Below are positions 7,244 through 13,012 of a DNA stretch of 13,012 bases, piece after piece (position 1 is the first letter of the stretch; the number at the start of each line of letters is the position of its first letter). The notes below the pieces were generated by a model, which saw nothing but the letters and a program-made list of their open reading frames with translations, had not been told where the DNA came from and ran no database searches. Source of the stretch: Candidatus Omnitrophota bacterium (GTDB taxonomy: Bacteria; Ratteibacteria; UBA8468; MWAK01); NCBI GenBank assembly GCA_043797665.1, contig JAZDPL010000030.1, positions 1-13,012 of the forward strand. Reading direction: 5' to 3'. The translations under genes were made by a program, and so were the position numbers.

Positions 7244-8252
7244 TTTTACCAGCGCAGAGTTCCCGCAAAACTCTTTCCGGTTGGTCGGAGGTCAGGCTGG
7301 AAATAACCGCGACGTAGTCTGCGCCAGCCGCAAAAGCCCGGCCGGCATTTTTCGGGTTAATGCCGCCGATGGCTACCACCGGTATTTTTTCGGTTACTTT
7401 CTTTATTTCTCTTATCGTTCTGGTTCCCACGACTACGGAATCCTCTTTGCTGACGGTAGGGAATATGGCACCCACCGCGATGTAGTCGGCACCTTCTTTA
7501 ACCGCTTTTTTTGCTTCCGCCGCCGAACGGGTGGAAACTCCGATGATTTTATCCGGGCAGAGGCGCCGGACATAAGGTAACGGAAGGTCTTTCTGCCCGA
7601 TGTGAATTCCATCCGCTTCGACTGAATTGGCGATATCCGGGCGGTCGTTGATTAAAAAGCAAGCGCCGGATTTTTTTGCCTTTGTCTGTATCTTTTGCGC
7701 TATTTGAAAAAAGCGCATATCCGGACAGTCTTTTATCCGCAGTTGAATGATTTTTGCGCCGGCTCCCAGAAGCTTTTGCGTAAATGAAACAATGTCTCCG
7801 GCTGATTTTGCCGGGTCAACAATGGCATAGACCGGGTAGTCCGGCAGTCCGGTCCGGTAGAGATTGATAAAACTTTTTTCTGTCTCATAAAACGCAAAAC
7901 GAATATTCTGAACGGAGGTTCTTACGCCGGGAACAATCGTTCCGGTTACCTCCTCCAGGGTTCGCAAAGCCTCGGACACCCGGAGGCTGTTGGCGATGAC
8001 CAGTTCTTTCATCCCACTCCGGTCCTCTCCGGGGAAATTCTTCCCGAGGTCCTCTTTACTTGTTCGAGCGGCCAGAAGCAAAACCCGGGGGATCCGGTTA
8101 GCAATCTGCTCGGAAATCTGGTGTCTTAAAGCACGCAGTTTTTTGGTCAGGACGACATCTTTTTTAGCGAAGCGGGCTACTTCTTCCAGGACCCTTAAAC
8201 CTTCCCGTGTCCGGTTCAGGTTAGCGTCAATAATTCTATACAGTTCTTCCAT
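7188..8252 (-). CDS. thiE: Thiamine-phosphate synthase with N-terminal ThiD2 domain
   Basis: N-terminal RIIDANLNRTREGLRVLEE and RVSEALRTLEE (ThiD2). C-terminal IQLRIK, LINDRPDIA, GIHIGQKD, GVST, GAIFPTVSK, VAIGGI (ThiE). Confidence 0.95.
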   Translation of the reverse strand: MEELYRIIDANLNRTREGLRVLEEVARFAKKDVVLTKKLRALRHQISEQIANRIPRVLLLAARTSKEDLGKNFPGEDRSGMKELVIANSLRVSEALRTLEEVTGTIVPGVRTSVQNIRFAFYETEKSFINLYRTGLPDYPVYAIVDPAKSAGDIVSFTQKLLGAGAKIIQLRIKDCPDMRFFQIAQKIQTKAKKSGACFLINDRPDIANSVEADGIHIGQKDLPLPYVRRLCPDKIIGVSTRSAAEAKKAVKEGADYIAVGAIFPTVSKEDSVVVGTRTIREIKKVTEKIPVVAIGGINPKNAGRAFAAGADYVAVISSLTSDQPERVLRELCAGKKCWGTFPERVCERQKDSC

Positions 8253-9339
8253 CGTTTTTTTTAATCCGGTTTATTAACGCGGTGGTGGAACGTTTTGATG
8301 CCAGAGGAACCAGGATTACTTTTCCTCCGGATTTTTCCACCACATCCCGGCCGACCACTTTTTCCGCAGTATAGTCAGCGCCTTTTACCAGAACGTCGGG
8401 TAATATCGCTCTAATCAATCTTAAGGGGGTTGTCTCCTTAAAGGTGACTACATAGTCAACCAGAGAAAGGCTTGCCAGAATCCCGGCGCGTTCCTCTTCC
8501 GGAACCACCGGCCGGCCCGGGCCCTTAATCTTACGGACCGAACTGTCGCTGTTCAGTCCTACGATTAAAAGGTCGCCTTCCGCTCTGGCGGATTTAAAGA
8601 GTTTCAGGTGTCCCTGATGGAGAAGGTCAAAACATCCGTTGGTAAAGACAACCTTTTTCCCTGTTTCTTTCAGGATTTTGACAATCGTCTGTAATTCCTT
8701 TAAGTCTTTGACTTTTCCGGTAATTTCGGCCGGCGGCTCTTTTTTTAAGCCTTCCTTTGCCAGCGTTTCCTCAACTATTTCGGTCAGGATATGTCCGAGC
8801 AGGATATGGACTTCCTGAATTCGGGCGGTGGTATTGCCCGGTGCGATGATAAAGAAGTCCGCTAAGTCTTTTAACGGACCGCCGTCTTTACCCAACAGGG
8901 CAACTACCTTTACACCCAATTCTCCGGCTTTTTTCGCGGCCAGGATGGTATTCACGGCCTGGCCGGAAGAGGAGAAGATAAAAAGTAAATCACCTTTTTC
9001 GCCCAACGCCTCTACCTGGCGGCTGAAGACCTTCTCAAATCCGTAGTCGTTGCCGATGGCGGTAAGAATGGAGGTGTCGGTGGTAAGACTTATCGCCGGC
9101 AGAGCGGCTCGCTCCATCTGGAAACGGCCGACGAACTCTCCGGCTAAATGCTGGCTGTCCGCGGCACTGCCGCCGTTTCCGCAGAAGTAAATCCGCCGGC
9201 CCGTTCTAAGCGTATCAGCCATTACTTCGGCAATTCTGTGTATAACAGCCGCCGGTTCCGGGGACTTCAGGAGTGTCTGGAGATTGTAGATGGCTTCTCT
9301 AATTGATTTCAGAATCCTGGGTGAAGTCTTCGCTTTCAT
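8236..9339 (-). CDS. gmhA: Fusion: phosphoheptose isomerase GmhA (SIS domain) plus heptose-1-phosphate nucleotidyltransferase (RfaE2/HldC-like)
   Basis: Residues ~1-195: CGNGGSAADSQH, TAIGNDYG, FSRQVEA, ARIQEVH. Residues ~208-360: VFTNGCFDLLHQGH, VGLNSDSSV..IKG..RP, PDVLVKGADY, STT. Confidence 0.93.
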   Translation of the reverse strand: MKAKTSPRILKSIREAIYNLQTLLKSPEPAAVIHRIAEVMADTLRTGRRIYFCGNGGSAADSQHLAGEFVGRFQMERAALPAISLTTDTSILTAIGNDYGFEKVFSRQVEALGEKGDLLFIFSSSGQAVNTILAAKKAGELGVKVVALLGKDGGPLKDLADFFIIAPGNTTARIQEVHILLGHILTEIVEETLAKEGLKKEPPAEITGKVKDLKELQTIVKILKETGKKVVFTNGCFDLLHQGHLKLFKSARAEGDLLIVGLNSDSSVRKIKGPGRPVVPEEERAGILASLSLVDYVVTFKETTPLRLIRAILPDVLVKGADYTAEKVVGRDVVEKSGGKVILVPLASKRSTTALINRIKKNDGRTV

Positions 9340-9883
9340 CTTCTTCTTGTGGGGTACCGGTACCTTCCGTGGGTGAAATATGTGAAACGTATACCTTTAC
9401 GTCCAATATCCGTTCCACACCGATGGTGTCCTGCAAAAGTTTTCTTATCAAATCCTGGATTTTTCCGGTTATGTCCGGGATATCGTAACCCGACCAGATG
9501 ATTACCCGGTTAAAAACGCGTAAGCCCTTTGGAACAAGGATAGTCGAGGTTTTAATTCTCTTTACCGCTTTGATACGCTGGCGGATTTCATTCATCAGGA
9601 AGTCTTCCACCGCGGAGAGACGCACCCGTACCAGACCGCCGGGGGCGGTAAAACTGACCGAGCGGGTGAGGTAGTGGTATTCAATCACCGAAACCAGCCA
9701 TACGGAGCCGATTAAGATAAGAACGCCCCCGGCCAGGGCAAACTTATAAGGTTCGGTTGCTTCCAGCTGCTTAAAAAAATGGGCCGCGAATTCCTTATCT
9801 AACCAGACCAGAATAAGCAGACCGGAAATATAGAGTGAAGCTAAACTGTAAATCCAGGCAACCAGACGGTTGAATATTCGCAT
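9299..9883 (-). CDS. AmaP-like membrane anchor protein (two TM helices plus Asp23-like soluble domain)
   Basis: Two N-terminal hydrophobic helices, then GLVRVRLSAVEDF...IQDLIRKLLQDTIGV...VKVYV (AmaP/Asp23-like pattern) and an acidic tail. Confidence 0.65.
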   Translation of the reverse strand: MRIFNRLVAWIYSLASLYISGLLILVWLDKEFAAHFFKQLEATEPYKFALAGGVLILIGSVWLVSVIEYHYLTRSVSFTAPGGLVRVRLSAVEDFLMNEIRQRIKAVKRIKTSTILVPKGLRVFNRVIIWSGYDIPDITGKIQDLIRKLLQDTIGVERILDVKVYVSHISPTEGTGTPQEEDESEDFTQDSEIN

Positions 9884-9909
9884 TTGTTTACTTCGTTAAT
9901 TACGTATTT

Positions 9910-9939
9910 ATTTTATCACCGAACAGGTCTGGAAATCAA
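9910..9939 (-). promoter_or_regulatory. Internal sigma70-type promoter with extended -10, upstream of the AmaP-like gene
   Basis: Minus strand TTGATT (9939-9934), 18-nt spacer ending TGA, then TAAAAT (9915-9910), i.e. TGnTAAAAT, in an AT-rich gap. Confidence 0.55.
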
Positions 9940-11039
9940 GGAGGGCAGAGCGTGTATTGTTTGCCTGGAATCTGTTTTATCTTTCCCCCTAATTCCAGAC
10001 GGGTCAGGAGGGAGCCGGTTTCAGCCAGAGAAAGGCTCAGCCGGCTGGCAATCTCTTCAATACCAACTTTATGGTGCCGGGACAAGAGGGCTAAAATCTC
10101 TGATTCTTCCGGATTTGTTGTCTCCGGCTCAGGTGCAGCCGGGGGAGTTTTAGGAAAGGGCAGGGTGGGGTAGAGGGTGACGATGATATCTTCAGGGGCA
10201 GTAACCAGATGGGCGCCTTCTTTAATCAGATTATTGGTACCAAAACTGGTCTCCTGGTCAATTGGTCCCGGCAGGACGAAGATTTCCCGTCCCTGTTCCA
10301 GGGCAAGGGTGGCTGTGATTAATGCCCCGCTGTGAATTCCCGCTTCCACCACCAGAACTCCCCGGGAAAGTCCGCTGATGATGCGGTTACGGCGGGGAAA
10401 GGTGTGCCGTTCCGGTTTTAGCCGCAAAGGGAATTCGGAGATGACCGCGCCGGAAGAAGCCATCTTTTCCATTAATTTTCGGTTTTCCGGGGGATAAGGT
10501 TCCAGGAGGCCGCTTCCCAGTACGCCGACGGTACGCCTTTTTACACGTAATGCTCCCCGATGGGCTGCGGTGTCTATGCCCCTGGCGATTCCGCTCACGA
10601 CGGTAAAATGGGATTCCGCCAGGGAGGAAGCAAACCTTTCTGCCTGAACCATTCCGTAAGGACTGCACAACCTGGTTCCCACTATCGCTATCGCCAACTG
10701 GTCTTCTTCGGTAAAACCTCCCCAGACATAAAGAAGTATGGGAGGGTCAGGGATTGATTTGAGGAGGGGAGGGTAGTCCGGGTCGGATAAGGTTATAATT
10801 TTGAACCCTTTCTTTTCGGCTAATTCCAGTTCTGCTTCCGCTTCTTTGAGGTCAAATTTGAGGATGTTGTCTACATCCTGGAGATTAATGCCGGGGATTT
10901 CTGTCAGACCTTTCTTATCTTTTTTGCGAAAGAGGTTAATGGGGTCGGGAAAGTGTTCCAGGAGTCTTACCGCTTTTATCGGGCCAATCTCAGGAAGGAG
11001 ATTGAGCGCTGTCCACCCCAGTAATTCTTCTTTTATCAT
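9936..11039 (-). CDS. dprA: DNA-processing protein DprA
   Basis: YPPLLKSIPDPP, AIVGTR, VVSGIARGIDTAAH, FPRRNRIISGLS, VVEAG..SGALITA..ALEQGRE, C-terminal winged helix (LTRLELGG). Confidence 0.97.
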   Translation of the reverse strand: MIKEELLGWTALNLLPEIGPIKAVRLLEHFPDPINLFRKKDKKGLTEIPGINLQDVDNILKFDLKEAEAELELAEKKGFKIITLSDPDYPPLLKSIPDPPILLYVWGGFTEEDQLAIAIVGTRLCSPYGMVQAERFASSLAESHFTVVSGIARGIDTAAHRGALRVKRRTVGVLGSGLLEPYPPENRKLMEKMASSGAVISEFPLRLKPERHTFPRRNRIISGLSRGVLVVEAGIHSGALITATLALEQGREIFVLPGPIDQETSFGTNNLIKEGAHLVTAPEDIIVTLYPTLPFPKTPPAAPEPETTNPEESEILALLSRHHKVGIEEIASRLSLSLAETGSLLTRLELGGKIKQIPGKQYTLCPP

Positions 11040-11041
11040 AT

Positions 11042-12175
11042 TTATACCCTGGTGTACGGGTCAAAAAGTTTCTTGTATTCTTCCAGGGCAAAATTGTCGG
11101 TCATTCCCGCAATATAATCACACACTACGCGGGCTACCGGTTCCCCGCGTTTAATCTTTTCCTGGACCGTGGGCGGCATCTGCCGCGATTGCTGAAGATA
11201 GATTCGAAAAAGTTGTTCCATAATTCTTTTCGCCTTTTCGGACATCCGGACCACCCGGTAATGGCGATACATATTTTCATAGAGAAAATCCTTTAATTCC
11301 TTGTGTTTGCGGGTGGTCTCAGGGCTCAGACTGACTAAGGGTGGTTTTTTTCTCACCTCGTCAGGACTTTTGATGCGTAATTTTTTCAGTCTCCCCCGGG
11401 TCTCATTGATGAGGTCGGTGGTGAGGAGATTGATGAGGTTCCGTACCGCTTTATACCAGGTCAGTTCTTCATCTTTTATCCCTGGTATCGGAATAAAAAG
11501 TTCCTTCCATAATTGGACGGTTGAAAGACCGCTAGTGGAAATCAGACCCGCCTTGAGTCCGTCGTCAACGTCGTGGCTGGTATAGGCAATTTCGTCGGCC
11601 AGGTTCACTATCTGGGCTTCTAAGGTAGGGGATTTTTCGGGTTCAAACTCTTTTACTTCCGGCGTATCATACTCGGTAATGTGTTTGATAATGCCTTCCC
11701 TGACTTCGAAAGTAAGATTAAGGCCGTCAAAATCAGGGTAACGTTTTTCCAGTTTATCCACCACCCGAAGGCTCTGGCGGTTATGTTCATAACCACCGTA
11801 ACTCTTCATTAATTCGCGCAGGGCGTCTTCGCCGGAATGGCCAAAGGGCGTGTGTCCCAGGTCGTGTGCCAGACTGATTGCTTCGGTCAGGTCCTCGTTG
11901 ACTCTTAAGGCCCGGGCGATTGTCCGGGCAATCTGGGCTACTTCAATCGTGTGAGTGAGGCGGGTCCGGTAATAGTCCCCTTCGTGAATGACAAAGACCT
12001 GAGTTTTGTATTCCAGGCGACGGAAAGCGGTAGAGTGGATGATTCTATCCCGGTCGCGCTGATAAGGAGAACGGAACGGGTGTTCTTCTTCGGGAAAGGC
12101 TCTGCCCCGGCTGTCAGAAGCACATGTTGCGTATCCGGCTAAAAATTCCTTTTCCACCGTCATCCAGTACTGCAT
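11042..12175 (-). CDS. dgt: Deoxyguanosinetriphosphate triphosphohydrolase-like HD protein
   Basis: QRDRDRIIHSTAFRRLEYKTQV, RTRLTHTIEV, AHDLGHTPFGHSGE, ADEIAY..HDVDD, DYIAGMTD. Confidence 0.95.
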   Translation of the reverse strand: MQYWMTVEKEFLAGYATCASDSRGRAFPEEEHPFRSPYQRDRDRIIHSTAFRRLEYKTQVFVIHEGDYYRTRLTHTIEVAQIARTIARALRVNEDLTEAISLAHDLGHTPFGHSGEDALRELMKSYGGYEHNRQSLRVVDKLEKRYPDFDGLNLTFEVREGIIKHITEYDTPEVKEFEPEKSPTLEAQIVNLADEIAYTSHDVDDGLKAGLISTSGLSTVQLWKELFIPIPGIKDEELTWYKAVRNLINLLTTDLINETRGRLKKLRIKSPDEVRKKPPLVSLSPETTRKHKELKDFLYENMYRHYRVVRMSEKAKRIMEQLFRIYLQQSRQMPPTVQEKIKRGEPVARVVCDYIAGMTDNFALEEYKKLFDPYTRV

Positions 12176-12197
12176 CTTAATACAAACGAATTAATTT

Positions 12198-12247
12198 GTA
12201 GGGGTCGGATTCATCCGACCCGCGGGCTTGATGAATCAAGCCCCTAC
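12198..12247. repeat. Inverted doublet of GTAG-family REP palindromes (REPIN/BIME-like)
   Basis: GTAG-GGGTCGGAT-TC-ATCCGACCC (+, 12198-12221), GC, then GTAG-GGGCTTGAT-TC-ATCAAGCCC (-, 12247-12224). Each has a perfect 9-bp inverted repeat. Confidence 0.85.
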
Positions 12248-12981
12248 TTTTGTTCCAAAAAAGAATTTGGGTTTATGGGCGTGGTTCCCTGCCGGACTTC
12301 AAAATAGAGCAGAGGTTTTTCTTTTTCTCCGGACGTCTTTCCGACGACAGTCTCTTTTGTAATCCGGGCTCCTTTTTCCGTAGTGATGATGATGTCTCCC
12401 CCATACACCGAATAATATCCGTTCAGATGGTCAATAATCAGAGTATTCTGATAGGTCTTCGTTTCTCCGATGAAAAATGTCTGTCCGCTGCCGCAGGCCT
12501 TTATCGGCTCACCGGGAGCGGTTTCAAAGATCATCCTGTTTTCTTTCTCCGCCTGTTCCGGGGAAGAGATGACTTTACCGGAGACCGGCCGGGAAAAATA
12601 GGGGGTTTCCGAAGCCGTTTTTGGCACCGGTTTAACAATCAACACCGGAGGTTTTGAAGGCCCGCTCTCCGTTTCTGGCGGAGTGCCGGGGGAAGTTTTG
12701 GTTGCCGGCGGTACCTTCTTTACGGTTTTGGCGCCCGGGATAAAAAGATGCTGTCCGACTATAATCGCGTCGTCTTTCAGTCTGTTTGCTTTTTTGAGCG
12801 TATTTGTTGAGACGCCATAAGTTTTACCGATCCGCCAGAGTGTTTCACCGTATTTGACCGTATGGAAAACTCCGGTGGAGACTACTTTTTTTGAAGGTGG
12901 ATAATGTTTATAACTACATCCGGAAGAAAAATAGAGCACGAGCAAAATAACAAGGTAAATATTAAACCGTCGGTATGTCAT
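12244..12981 (-). CDS. LysM plus degenerate M23/LytM lipoprotein (NlpD-like)
   Basis: Hydrophobic signal ending SSG-C22, LysM (HTVKYGETLWRIGKTYGVS...GQHLFIP), Pro-rich linker, LytM-like RPVSG...IIDH..GYYSVY...LYFEVR...PINP. Confidence 0.88.
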   Translation of the reverse strand: MTYRRFNIYLVILLVLYFSSGCSYKHYPPSKKVVSTGVFHTVKYGETLWRIGKTYGVSTNTLKKANRLKDDAIIVGQHLFIPGAKTVKKVPPATKTSPGTPPETESGPSKPPVLIVKPVPKTASETPYFSRPVSGKVISSPEQAEKENRMIFETAPGEPIKACGSGQTFFIGETKTYQNTLIIDHLNGYYSVYGGDIIITTEKGARITKETVVGKTSGEKEKPLLYFEVRQGTTPINPNSFLEQK

Positions 12982-12988
12982 ATTGTAG

Positions 12989-13012
12989 AGCGGGAAACGG
13001 GATTCGAACCCG
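12989..13012 (-). tRNA. 3' end of a tRNA, probably tRNA-Gly (truncated by the window edge)
   Basis: Minus strand CGGG-TTCGAAT-CCCGT (T arm), TTCCCGC (acceptor 3' strand), T discriminator. This matches typical tRNA-Gly 3' ends; the anticodon is not visible. It is followed by CTA, not CCA. Confidence 0.8.

Noticed and set aside
7063..7250. TPP riboswitch upstream of thiC
   Set aside because: No CUGAGA, and no CCUGAU...UAAUGC...GCGUAGG core on the minus strand; the fold is a single rod rather than a multi-way junction.
11042..12175. dGTPase as an anti-phage defence gene
   Set aside because: It is the short housekeeping-like form, 2 nt from dprA among core genes, with no defence or mobile context.
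12181..12200. TACAAA-N8-TTTGTA small dyad beside the REP doublet
   Set aside because: Only 6 bp and AT-rich; it cannot be distinguished from chance.
12198..12247. CRISPR mini-array or intrinsic terminator
   Set aside because: The units are inverted, separated by 2 nt, with no spacers or cas genes, and no U-tract follows on the coding strand.
106..12657. Plus-strand ORFs and short nested minus-strand ORFs in the track (e.g. 106-318, 4856-5386, 7128-7580, 12250-12657)
   Set aside because: They overlap well-supported minus-strand genes and show no recognisable motifs; they are shadow frames.
12989..13012. tRNA 3' end as an integration (att) site bounding an island
   Set aside because: Downstream genes are core housekeeping genes; there is no integrase and no duplicated tRNA end in the window.

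Overview
A gene-dense, roughly 50% GC bacterial chromosomal segment with every credible gene on the minus strand. In transcription order: 3' end of a tRNA (probably Gly), LysM/degenerate-M23 lipoprotein, dGTPase-like HD hydrolase, dprA, AmaP-like membrane protein, GmhA-heptose nucleotidyltransferase fusion, ThiD2-ThiE, thiC, ftsH, folE, M24-fold protein lacking most metal ligands, full-length nfeD, hydrogenase maturation protease, and a separately promoted PurM/HypE-like gene that runs off the left edge and is missing from the ORF track. The coding content is mostly housekeeping. The unexplained structure lies between genes. A ~164-nt rod-shaped nested hairpin (7080-7243) contains the thiE stop codon and ends just before the thiC RBS. 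There are also a GTAG-type REP doublet (12198-12247), a single GTAG REP (3307-3328), a GAGC/GCGA hairpin repeat (3916-3943) and a Pho-box-like tandem repeat before ftsH. No transposase, integrase or CRISPR array is visible. All calls come from reading motifs by eye, with no database search.
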